DNA from: Ktedonobacterales bacterium
GTDB taxonomy: Bacteria; Chloroflexota; Ktedonobacteria; Ktedonobacterales; JACDGC01
Assembly (NCBI GenBank): GCA_038234855.1
Contig: JBBQSR010000001.1
Span: 1-37,299 of the forward strand
Direction: 5' to 3'
Length of the DNA stretch: 37,299 nucleotides
Made by a program: the position numbers and the translations under genes. Numbering within the stretch: the first letter of the stretch is position 1; the number at the start of each line of letters is the position of its first letter. Positions 14,765 to 22,535 of this stretch are shown in pieces. The notes beneath the pieces were generated by a model that saw nothing but the letters and a program-made list of their open reading frames with translations, searched no databases and was not told where the DNA came from.

Positions 14765-16465
14765 ATGTCGACGCGCACCACTACTTTTCGCCTGAAAGAT
14801 GTTTCGATTGGCGCGAAACTCACCGTATCCACCCTGTTGCTGACCTGCATCATGTTGATCGTTGGCGGCATCGGCCTGTGGGGCATGAGCCGCATCCAGG
14901 CGAACCTGGATAGCATCACCACCCAGCAGATCGCCAAGGTGCGCACCATCAATGCCATTCGCCTGGACTACCTGGCGGTGAGCGCCGACGCGTATCAATC
15001 GGTCGTCACCACCGACCCCGCGACGCTGCGGCAGACGCTGAATGATTTCATTCGCGCGCTGAATGCCTTGGATGCCGACACCCAAAGTTACCTAGCCATG
15101 CCGCACAACGCGGGTGAGCAGTCCTCTGTCACCTTCCTCAAGACGAACCTGCCCACCTATATGAAGAACGTGCGCCCGCTGGCGACGCTCGCTCTCAATA
15201 ATCCTGCGGCATTCGTGGCGGCGCTACGCCCCGCGCTCAGTGGTCATGTCGATCAGTTTTACGTAGACTTCCAAGCGAAGCTTGATGATCTGCTGGCCTC
15301 GCTGAATGGCTACGTCCACCAGATCCGCGACGATTCCAGCGCGGCCTTTCACCAGCTCATCGCGGTGCTGGTGGCGATCATGGCGGTGGGCGCGGCGCTT
15401 TCGGTCTTCATCGGCTGGTTCATCACGCGGCTGATGGTGCGTCCCCTGAACGCGACCGTGGCGGTCATCCAGGCCATCGCTGGGGGCGACCTGCGCCCGC
15501 TGGATGACTTTACCCGCGACTATGGCAGCCGCGACGCGTTTGGTCGCCTGGCCTTCGCCACGGGGGATATGGTCGATCAGTTGCGGTCGCTGCTGACCAA
15601 TGTGCGCCAGACCATGCGACGCTTCACCGAAACCGCCGCGCTCATCGCCGACGCGGTGCAAGGCTCGACCGGGGCGACCGAGCAGGTCGCGCAGACGGTG
15701 CAGGGGGTCGCCAGCGACGCCAGCCACCAGTCGCGCGAACTCGCCCACGTGGTGCAAGAGGTCGACGAACTGGGCCGCGTCATCGCCGCCTCGCAGCAGC
15801 AGGCCGAGTCGACCGCGCAAAACATGCAGACCATCAACCACAACAATCAATCCACCGCGCAGATCGTCAAGGGCCTGGGTGAGCGGTCGGCGGAGATCGG
15901 CCACATCGTCGAAACCATCACCGAGATCGCCGAGCAGACCAACCTGCTGGCGCTGAATGCCGCCATCGAAGCGGCACGGGCGGGTGAGCAGGGACGCGGC
16001 TTCGCGGTGGTGGCCGACGAGGTGCGCAAGCTCGCTGAGCGTTCCGCCGCCGCCACCAAGGAGATCGGCGGCATCGTGCGCGAGGTGCAGCAGTCCACCA
16101 ACAAAACGGTCGAGGTCATCGAGGGCGGCATGGTCGAGATCCAGCAGGGGCTAGAGCGCACCGTCGTCGCCTCGCAGCAACTGGAGGTCATCACCACCAG
16201 TTCACAGGCCATCAATGCCGCCATCGCTCAGGTCGCGACCATCAGCGAGCAAACCAGCGCGTCGAGCGAGAGCGTCTCTGCCGCCATCGAGGAGATCACG
16301 GCGCAGATGCTTGAGGCCAGCCGCGCCACCGAGCAACTGACCCGCTCGACGCAAGACCTGGAGCACAGTCTGACGGCCTTCCGCTTCACCGATGCCGCGC
16401 CGACCACCGCGAACGCGTCAAATGCCCCGCGTCCGCTCGCCTTCCCCGCCCGCCGCGCGGCATAG
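14765..16465 (+). CDS. methyl-accepting chemotaxis protein (4HB sensor, single HAMP, MA domain)
   Basis: 566 aa. RBS GAGGAG lies 7 nt upstream. Signalling hairpin [36 protein letters not shown]. Paralogue of 9860-12121. Confidence 0.9.
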   Translation: MSTRTTTFRLKDVSIGAKLTVSTLLLTCIMLIVGGIGLWGMSRIQANLDSITTQQIAKVRTINAIRLDYLAVSADAYQSVVTTDPATLRQTLNDFIRALNALDADTQSYLAMPHNAGEQSSVTFLKTNLPTYMKNVRPLATLALNNPAAFVAALRPALSGHVDQFYVDFQAKLDDLLASLNGYVHQIRDDSSAAFHQLIAVLVAIMAVGAALSVFIGWFITRLMVRPLNATVAVIQAIAGGDLRPLDDFTRDYGSRDAFGRLAFATGDMVDQLRSLLTNVRQTMRRFTETAALIADAVQGSTGATEQVAQTVQGVASDASHQSRELAHVVQEVDELGRVIAASQQQAESTAQNMQTINHNNQSTAQIVKGLGERSAEIGHIVETITEIAEQTNLLALNAAIEAARAGEQGRGFAVVADEVRKLAERSAAATKEIGGIVREVQQSTNKTVEVIEGGMVEIQQGLERTVVASQQLEVITTSSQAINAAIAQVATISEQTSASSESVSAAIEEITAQMLEASRATEQLTRSTQDLEHSLTAFRFTDAAPTTANASNAPRPLAFPARRAA

Positions 16466-16482
16466 CCGGGACGGCGCACGCG

Positions 16483-16529
16483 AAAAAGCCCCCGACCCAT
16501 CCATCATTGGCGATGGCGGGTACGGGGGC
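16483..16529 (-). terminator. rho-independent terminator of the small Cys-rich gene (possibly bidirectional)
   Basis: The minus strand reads GCCCCCGTACCC...GGGTCGGGGGC followed by TTTTT. Lies between convergent genes. Confidence 0.6.
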
Positions 16530-16547
16530 GCGGTGTATGGCGCGATA

Positions 16548-16814
16548 TTAGCGGGCTTCGACGGTGACGGGCTGGGCCTTGGCGGCGCGGTGCGTGGCCA
16601 GGCGCTGCTCGGCGCGGGCGGCGGCCACGGGCGTCACACCCGTGGGTTGCGTCTTGCCGATGTAGCCCGAGCGCAGCTTGGCACCTTCGCGCCAATAGGC
16701 ATACCAGTACGGGCCATGGCCCGCGCCGTTTTTGCAGGTGCCGCAGGTCGGCTTGCCGCACTTGCGGTACTGCAACTGATACGTGATGTGCTGATCGGTC
16801 GGTAGTTTGGACAT
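16548..16814 (-). CDS. small Cys-rich (zinc-ribbon-like) protein with CGKPTCGTC...HGPYWYAYW motif; resembles DUF6788-type proteins
   Basis: 88 aa from ATG 16814, with GGGAGA 7 nt upstream. Sequence: YRKCGKPTCGTCKNGAGHGPYWYAYWREGAKLRSGYIGK. The family name is from memory and is unverified. Confidence 0.6.
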   Translation of the reverse strand: MSKLPTDQHITYQLQYRKCGKPTCGTCKNGAGHGPYWYAYWREGAKLRSGYIGKTQPTGVTPVAAARAEQRLATHRAAKAQPVTVEAR

Positions 16815-17103
16815 AAGAACGGTTCTCCCATCATTTTTGCACCGGTCGACAATGGGGCGAGGAGGGGTCAGGGCGGGGCTTCCTTGCATGAGGCGTTCCG
16901 CTGTGATGAAACGCTCTGGCGCATCCGCGCGGGGGACGTCGCTCTCGGTGATGCATTCAGGATATCATCGCTCCCTGACCAGGGGATGAAAAGCACAGGA
17001 ACGCGGCTGAACATCTTGTCATAAAACGCCCTTGTGTAGGCCCATTCGCCCCCATTCCCTGTCTCTTTAGTCATCTTGCCTAACGGCCCCCTGGCACACC
17101 GCA

Positions 17104-17112
17104 TGGTACAAT
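17104..17112 (+). promoter_or_regulatory. extended -10 element TGGTACAAT
   Basis: GCATGGTACAAT lies 40 nt upstream of ATG 17152. The same GCATGGTACAA string recurs at 21059-21069. Confidence 0.45.
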
Positions 17113-17151
17113 GCCCCTGATAGCTCGATTTCGCCAGGGGGAAGCACGCCG

Positions 17152-18411
17152 ATGCGTACCGTGCCGCTAGATTACCTCATCGTTTCTCAGCGCACCAGCA
17201 CGACCCTGGTCCAGCTCGCCGACGCCCTCACCACCCAGCGCCTGGGGATGCTGGAGACGTTGCCGGGCAGCGACGACGCCGAGGGGGCCATCCGCGCGGG
17301 CCGTCAGCGCGTGGGCGTGGGCCGCCTGGCGCTGCGCGAGACGCTGGGCCGCGTCGAGGCGACCTTCACCGTGGAACGCCACGCCCAGCCCGTCACGCAG
17401 GGTCTGGCACCCGAGGCGCTGGATCGCCTGCTGGGCGGCATCGTGGGTGCGGAGGCCGCCATCGTGCGCGCGGGCACGCTCGCCATCGACGCGCATTTCA
17501 CCATGGTCGATCCGGATCTGCCGTGGTGCCTGCGCTGGGCCGCCACCTGCCTGGCCGCGCTGGCGAGCGGCTGCGATGGCATCGTGGTGGATCTGGCGGC
17601 GCAGCGGTGCCAGCCCCCAGCCGTGGTCGCCCGGCTGCGCGACGCCGCCCCCCTGGCCCAGATCGCCCTGCACAACGAACCCTGGGGGCCTGAGACGCGC
17701 TGGCTGCACACCCATGGCCTGCAAAAGTTTGGCCAGCCCGAGCTCGAGATGGTCGGCGTGCCCCAGATGCTCGAAAGCTACGGCGCGGCGGTCCTGCGCA
17801 GCGTGGCGGAGCCGCTGGCCGCCGCCCCTGCCGCTGCGGGCGTGGCCCTGCGCGCGGGCATGGCGGTCGAGTGCGACGGAGCGGGTACCCTGCTCACCCG
17901 CAACGCCCCGGCGGATGCCGACCATCAGGCCCCCTATGGCCGCTTGCGTTTGGTGACGCACCCCGTCCCCGGCCAGGAACCCGGCAGCGACTCCGCCGAG
18001 GTGGTCGTGGCCGCCGCCCTCGCCGCCGCCAATGATGCAATGGCCGCGCGCGACGGCCAGAGGGCGAGCGAGATCACCGACCGCGTGCTGGTCGCATTGC
18101 CCGACCACCCCGGCGCGCTGGCCCTCAAGGCGCGGCTGCTGCTGGCCCAGGCACAACCAGGGGACGCGCTGGAGATCGGCACCTTCCTGGCGACGCACGC
18201 GCCGCGCGACCCACGCGGTCCCCTGGTGATGGGCATGGCGCTGCTCGCCCTTGGTCGCCCGATGGAGGCGCTGGCGGCCTTTGACCGCGCCATCACGCGC
18301 GACCCCGAGGACCCCGCCGCCTATGAAGCCCGCGCCCGTCTGTACGACCGCCTGGGCCAGGGCTACGCCGCCGCCGCCGACCGCGCCCGCGCCAAGATGC
18401 TGCGTGCCTGA
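17152..18411 (+). CDS. hypothetical protein: N-terminal unknown domain plus C-terminal TPR repeats
   Basis: 419 aa. The central WLHTHGLQKFGQPELEMVGVP is reminiscent of DUF4261/DUF4026-type domains (recollection only). The C-terminus has 3-4 TPR-like repeats (ALALKARLLLAQ..., MALLALGRPMEALAAFDRAITRDPEDPAAYEARARLY). Confidence 0.75.
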   Translation: MRTVPLDYLIVSQRTSTTLVQLADALTTQRLGMLETLPGSDDAEGAIRAGRQRVGVGRLALRETLGRVEATFTVERHAQPVTQGLAPEALDRLLGGIVGAEAAIVRAGTLAIDAHFTMVDPDLPWCLRWAATCLAALASGCDGIVVDLAAQRCQPPAVVARLRDAAPLAQIALHNEPWGPETRWLHTHGLQKFGQPELEMVGVPQMLESYGAAVLRSVAEPLAAAPAAAGVALRAGMAVECDGAGTLLTRNAPADADHQAPYGRLRLVTHPVPGQEPGSDSAEVVVAAALAAANDAMAARDGQRASEITDRVLVALPDHPGALALKARLLLAQAQPGDALEIGTFLATHAPRDPRGPLVMGMALLALGRPMEALAAFDRAITRDPEDPAAYEARARLYDRLGQGYAAAADRARAKMLRA

Positions 18412-18438
18412 CCGCTGCGAGCGATGATTTTCCCCCGA

Positions 18439-18468
18439 TTGACCACAGGCCCCCGCGCGTGTTATCGT
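18439..18468 (+). promoter_or_regulatory. sigma70-type promoter TTGACC-18-(TG)TTATCGT
   Basis: TTGACC at 18439-18444, TGTTATCGT at 18460-18468, about 48 nt upstream of the kinase start. Confidence 0.45.
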
Positions 18469-18515
18469 GAGAGAGCATAGCTGGTCGGCAATGGCCGCCG
18501 CGTGCAGGGGGGTGG

Positions 18516-21035
18516 ATGATGTCACGAACAACCGCAGCGGGGGGGCAAGCGCAGCCCTCCGCCATCATGCCAGCGGATGGCCCCGATGCCCGCATCTTCG
18601 AGTCGGCCATCAAGCGCGCCCTCGAAACGCTGAACGCCGACGGCGGGGCCATTGCCACGCTGGATGACACCCGCCGCATCATGGTCGTGCGTGTGCGCGG
18701 GGTGCATCCCCGGCTGCAACCGATGCCCACCGCGCGGCACGGCGCACGCTCGCGCCCCCTGCCGCAGAACCCCATCGAGGAAGCGGCCACCACCGTGCTC
18801 CCCGCCACGCACCTCTGGCGCATCTATCGCAAGGGCGAGCGGCTCATCGGCACCGTCTGGCAGACCGGCGAACCGGTCATCATGAGCGGTGATGAGGTGC
18901 GCGGCCTCCCTAGTGGCAGCACCGCCGAGGACCCCACCGCCGCTTGGCACATGGCCGTCCCCATCTTCGCCGCCACCGTCGATGAGGGCGAGATCGCCCG
19001 CGAGGACCCCCCGGTCATCGGCATCATGTCGGTGTATGTCAACGATCCCCAGTGGCGCTTCTCGCAAAATCATTTGCATCTGCTGCAAGCCCAGGCGAAT
19101 ACGCTCGACCTCGCCCTGCGCCTGGCCCAGGTAGACCGCCAAGAGCAGCGCCACCGCCGCCTGATCGCCCTGCTGCAAGAGCTGACGAGCGACGTGCCCA
19201 GCTACTTCGACATGTCCAACTTCTACGAAACCTTCTCGGAGCGCATGTACATCGCCATCAAAGGGATGATGGATACGGAAGCCTTCGCGCTGGCGATCCC
19301 CTATGTGCATCCGGCGCAGGGCGACAACACCCTCAGCCTCTATGGCATCACCGAGCGCGACCAGCGCCTCGGCACGCACACCCTGCGCGGTGAGCAAGCC
19401 CCCTGGTGGTCGTGGGTGCGCACGGGCCGCACCGTCACGCGCATCACCGAGGAAGAGCGCGCCAACAGCCCCGAACTGCGCGCCCGTCCCTGGGGCAGCC
19501 AAAATTACATGGATTCGCAGGTCTTCGTGCCGGTGAAGGCCCCATCCGGCGTTGTCGGCGCGCTGCTGGTCGCCAGCTCGCGCGTGAACGCCTATAACGC
19601 CGAGCAGGTGACGCTCTTGGAAATGGCGGGGCGCTTCATCGGCCTAGCCATCGAGCATGCCCAGATGCGCGCGTCGCGCCGCGCGGGCAGCACCCAGGTG
19701 ACGGATAGCGAGCGCGCCCTCTCGGTGCTGAATAACGCCCTCCTTGGGCTGAATGCCACCCTCGACACCGACCTCATCATGAGCGACCTCGTTCAGCAAG
19801 CCTCGGAACTGACGCGCGGCCAGGTCTGCGCCTACTTGGAATATCTGCCCCAAACCGATGAACTGGTCGTCCGCGAGGTCGCGCAGAATAAGGATCATCC
19901 CTACCCCGAGGCGCTGGGGCAAAAGTTCCCCGTCGGCGATGGTCGCCGCCGCGCCGCCATGGAGGGCCAGGTGCAGTCGCTCGAAGACCTCACCCCCGAC
20001 CATGCGCGCGGCGACAGCATCGGCACCCTGCTCGAGCATTACCACGTGCGGGCGATGCTGGTGATGCCCGTCATCCACAAAGAGACGGTGACGCGGCGCG
20101 ACAAGGTGCTGGGGCTGCTGGCCGTCTACGCCCCCGACCAGCACGCGCTCTTTCCCCCCGCCGAGATCATGAATCTGATGGCGCTCGGCCACGTCGCCGC
20201 CTCGGCGCTGAATAACGCCCGCACCTATGCCCAACTGCGCGAACTCGACAAGCTGAAAGATGAATTCATCCTCACCGCGTCGCACGAGTTTCGCACGCCG
20301 ATGAGCGCCATCCAGGGCTTCAGTTGGCTGATCCAGCGGCGCTATGAGACGATGTCGCCCGACCAGGCGAAGCACTGGGCCGGTGAGATCATGCGCGCCA
20401 CAGAGCAACTGAAAGACATGATGGATACCCTCACCGAGTCGTGGCGCACCAAGAGCGTGCAGGTGCCCCAACTGGCCGAGGTCGATGTCGCCACCACGGT
20501 GCAGCTCGCCATGGAGATCTCTTCGGGCCTGCTCGCCGCCGAAAACCACGCTGTGCAATCCACCGTCCCCGCCGATCTGTGGGTGCTGAGCGAGCAAGAC
20601 CGCCTGCGCCATGTGCTGTCGAATCTGCTGGTCAACGCCGCGAAATATTCCACCACCGGCTCGCAGATCACCGTGACGGCCTCGGTCAAGACGACCGCTG
20701 AATTGCTGGCGCTGCCCCGCGAACGTGGCGTCATCACCGATGAGAGCGGCGAGGACGAGCCGATCACCAACGTCACCCCCGCTGCCGCTGGCCCCTGGGT
20801 GGTCGTCAGCGTGCACGATCAGGGCATGGGCATCACCGCCGCCAACCAAAAGCGTCTCTTCGCCAAATTCGTGCGGCTGGAACTGACGACGCACGTGCGC
20901 GGCACCGGCCTGGGCCTGTACATCTGCCGCCGCTACATCGAGGCCATGGGTGGCGAGATCTGGGTCGAGAGCGCCCCCGGCCAAGGATCGACCTTTTCGT
21001 TTTGTCTGCGCCAAACCACCCGCCCGACGCCCTGA
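18516..21035 (+). CDS. soluble sensor histidine kinase with three GAF-like domains
   Basis: 839 aa with no hydrophobic helices. H-box LTASHEFRTPMSAIQGFSWL, N-box LLVNAAKYS, G1 HDQGMGI, G2 GTGLGLYICRRYIEAMGG. The ATP-binding domain carries a roughly 40-aa insert. Confidence 0.9.
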   Translation: MMSRTTAAGGQAQPSAIMPADGPDARIFESAIKRALETLNADGGAIATLDDTRRIMVVRVRGVHPRLQPMPTARHGARSRPLPQNPIEEAATTVLPATHLWRIYRKGERLIGTVWQTGEPVIMSGDEVRGLPSGSTAEDPTAAWHMAVPIFAATVDEGEIAREDPPVIGIMSVYVNDPQWRFSQNHLHLLQAQANTLDLALRLAQVDRQEQRHRRLIALLQELTSDVPSYFDMSNFYETFSERMYIAIKGMMDTEAFALAIPYVHPAQGDNTLSLYGITERDQRLGTHTLRGEQAPWWSWVRTGRTVTRITEEERANSPELRARPWGSQNYMDSQVFVPVKAPSGVVGALLVASSRVNAYNAEQVTLLEMAGRFIGLAIEHAQMRASRRAGSTQVTDSERALSVLNNALLGLNATLDTDLIMSDLVQQASELTRGQVCAYLEYLPQTDELVVREVAQNKDHPYPEALGQKFPVGDGRRRAAMEGQVQSLEDLTPDHARGDSIGTLLEHYHVRAMLVMPVIHKETVTRRDKVLGLLAVYAPDQHALFPPAEIMNLMALGHVAASALNNARTYAQLRELDKLKDEFILTASHEFRTPMSAIQGFSWLIQRRYETMSPDQAKHWAGEIMRATEQLKDMMDTLTESWRTKSVQVPQLAEVDVATTVQLAMEISSGLLAAENHAVQSTVPADLWVLSEQDRLRHVLSNLLVNAAKYSTTGSQITVTASVKTTAELLALPRERGVITDESGEDEPITNVTPAAAGPWVVVSVHDQGMGITAANQKRLFAKFVRLELTTHVRGTGLGLYICRRYIEAMGGEIWVESAPGQGSTFSFCLRQTTRPTP

Positions 21036-21061
21036 GGGCGCTGGCAATGCGCCGCCCCGCA

Positions 21062-21070
21062 TGGTACAAC
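21062..21070 (+). promoter_or_regulatory. extended -10-like element TGGTACAAC
   Basis: GCATGGTACAAC lies about 70 nt upstream of ATG 21139. Confidence 0.35.
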
Positions 21071-21138
21071 AGAGGGGGCAGATGCCGCGCCCTCATTCCA
21101 TGCGCACCCGCAGAGCATAGGAGCAAGCAGAAACAATT

Positions 21139-21516
21139 ATGAGCAATCCAGATACGCGCCCCACCATCCTGGTCGTTGATGACGATAGTGCCATTCGTGA
21201 CATGTTAGGCGATGTCTTGAAGCTCGAAGGCTACACCGTGGAAACGGCGAAGAATGGCCAAGAAGCCATCGACATTGTAACTGGACAGCCCACGACGGTG
21301 CGCGTCATGGTGCTCGATCTGTTGATGCCCATCATCGATGGCGCGGGCGTTGTGCGTTGGCTCATTGAGCACAACGATATTCGCGCGCGAACCAAGATCA
21401 TTTTGATATCCGCCAACCATGTGCTACGCGCATCGATGGACCTTGTGCGCGATGGTGAACTCGCTAAACCGCTTGGGGTCGATTCGCTGCTGGCGCTCAT
21501 TAAAAAACTGTCCTGA
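21139..21516 (+). CDS. stand-alone receiver (CheY-like) response regulator
   Basis: 125 aa. ILVVDDDSAIRDM (acidic pocket), VMVLDLLMP (phospho-acceptor Asp), ILISAN, ELAKPL (Lys). No output domain. Confidence 0.9.
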   Translation: MSNPDTRPTILVVDDDSAIRDMLGDVLKLEGYTVETAKNGQEAIDIVTGQPTTVRVMVLDLLMPIIDGAGVVRWLIEHNDIRARTKIILISANHVLRASMDLVRDGELAKPLGVDSLLALIKKLS

Positions 21517-21573
21517 GCCTGGGTGCGCGCCCGATCATCGCTTTCGCGTACCAGCCGCCCGCGCCATACGGCA

Positions 21574-21989
21574 TCATTCCATGGCAATCGCTTCGATCTC
21601 CAGCAGCCAGGGCGACGCCAGGGTCTGCGCGACGATGACGGTGAGCGCAGGTTGGTGAGTCCCCAGGTAGCTACGGCGAATCTCGCCATTGGCCGTTGCC
21701 TGCTCCCTGTCGGTCAGGAACGTCGTCACCTTCACCAGATTCGCCGTCGTCATGCCAGCGGATTGCAAGATCGCCACGATGTTGCGCCACACCGCATGGC
21801 ACTGGTCCGCGAACGCTTCGGGGACCTGTCCATCCGGTAATTCGGGGATCTGTCCGCTGATGAAGAGCATGCGCGTCCCCTGCTGTACCTCAAGGCCGTG
21901 CGTGTAGCCACCCTTGGGGCTGGTGCGGTGGCGGGATTATGCGCGATGATGTCCACGAATAACCACCTCTTATCGGATGCGTTGTTCAT
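21574..21989 (-). pseudogene. RidA/YjgF/L-PSP family protein interrupted by a 1-nt frameshift
   Basis: ATG 21989 gives MNNASDKRWLFVDIIAHNPATAPAP, then the frame is lost. The other frame continues KGGYTHGLEVQQGTRMLFISGQIPE... to stop 21574. The junction lies in a C4 run (plus strand GGGG, 21916-21919); one extra C would restore a contiguous RidA sequence. Confidence 0.7.
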
Positions 21990-22258
21990 ATTCGGTGCGC
22001 GTCCCTATCCATACCCATTGTATTTCATTGCCATTCATGAGACCTAGGGTACGGTAAAGCGAATTTATGCGCGCCGACCAGAGGGAAGGAGTGCCGCTTC
22101 TTACTTGTTTGAATTGAATGCCAGGGTGCAAGGGGTTTTGTTTCTATAACAAATAGACATCGCGCGCCTGTTGCTGCACGGTTTTGGGGAGACCATCCAA
22201 TAATACACGAAACTACTTGGTGGTGCGTGAACGATACGTTACAACGATACGTTACCAT
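21970..22258 (-). pseudogene. decayed RelE/ParE-family toxin gene
   Basis: A non-track frame reads FRVLLDGLPKTVQQQARDVYLL*KQNPLHPGIQFKQVRSGTPSLWSARINSLYRTLGLMNGNEIQWVWIGTRTEYEQRIR. In-frame TAGs sit at 22213-22215 and 22144-22146. A 13-bp tandem duplication at 22231-22256 shifts the ATG (22256-22258) out of this frame. The ATG overlaps the antitoxin stop (ATGGTAA). Confidence 0.7.
22231..22256 (-). repeat. 13-bp tandem duplication at the 5' end of the toxin pseudogene
   Basis: ACGATACGTTAC at 22231-22242 and again at 22244-22255, with one spacer base (13-nt period). Confidence 0.9.
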
Positions 22259-22473
22259 GTATCGCTCACGTCTTGCAGGGTACGCTTGCGTTCCCCTTCT
22301 TTGGCTTCGGCCACGAGTTGATCGAAAAACGCCTGTGATTCGGGGCGCGCGAAAAGCTCATCCCAACGCTTATCATCAGCAAGTTCTTGGGCAAACGCTT
22401 CGGCCCACTGGTCCTGTTGCTCCGTGGGAAGTTTTTCGATTTCAGCGACGAGTGCTCGCAATCTTTCCGTCAT
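22252..22473 (-). CDS. putative type II antitoxin (intact), partner of the decayed toxin
   Basis: 73 aa. RBS AAAGGAGG lies 7 nt upstream. EIEKLPTEQQDQWAEAFAQELADDKRWDELFARPESQAFFDQLVAEA follows the pattern of small helical antitoxins found upstream of RelE/ParE toxins. Locally low GC. Confidence 0.55.
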   Translation of the reverse strand: MTERLRALVAEIEKLPTEQQDQWAEAFAQELADDKRWDELFARPESQAFFDQLVAEAKEGERKRTLQDVSDTW

Positions 22474-22495
22474 CGCACAACCTCCTTTTTCCGTT

Positions 22496-22504
22496 ATGAT
22501 ATCA
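22496..22504 (-). promoter_or_regulatory. extended -10 element TGATATCAT for the antitoxin module
   Basis: The minus strand reads TTGTTGATATCATAACGGAAAAAGGAGG, about 22 nt upstream of the ATG. Confidence 0.4.
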
Positions 22505-22535
22505 ACAATGACGAGGTTGCGCTAGATGAAACGGC

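Noticed and set aside
13913-15085. Over-long track ORFs taken at face value: 390 aa for BioY, 372 aa for Map (29559-30677), 354 aa for Ung (30489-31553), 491 aa for the membrane protein (449-1924) and 518 aa for CrtI (32800-34356).
   Set aside because: The N-terminal extensions are Arg-rich, lack an RBS and run through promoter or neighbouring-gene sequence. Internal starts with good Shine-Dalgarno sites give products that match family N-termini.
10261-16070. Inverted ~130-nt repeats as terminal inverted repeats of a composite transposon carrying murE and bioY.
   Set aside because: The repeats are the conserved signalling-hairpin coding regions of two full-length MCP paralogues. There is no transposase and no target-site duplication.
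16868-17104. 78-aa minus-strand ORF (from the internal Met: MTKETGNGGEWAYTRAFYDKMFSRVPVLFIPW...) upstream of the Cys-rich gene as a possible co-transcribed small protein.
   Set aside because: There is no Shine-Dalgarno before either Met, the second half is Ser/Arg/Pro-rich, and I recognise no motif. It is not excluded; it would need ribosome profiling or conservation evidence.
22025-22258. 77-aa track ORF (MVTYRCNVSFTHHQVV...) as the functional toxin of the second TA module.
   Set aside because: The recognisable RelE/ParE sequence is in another frame and is interrupted by two TAG codons. This ORF is a by-product of the 13-bp duplication, so it is annotated as part of a pseudogene.
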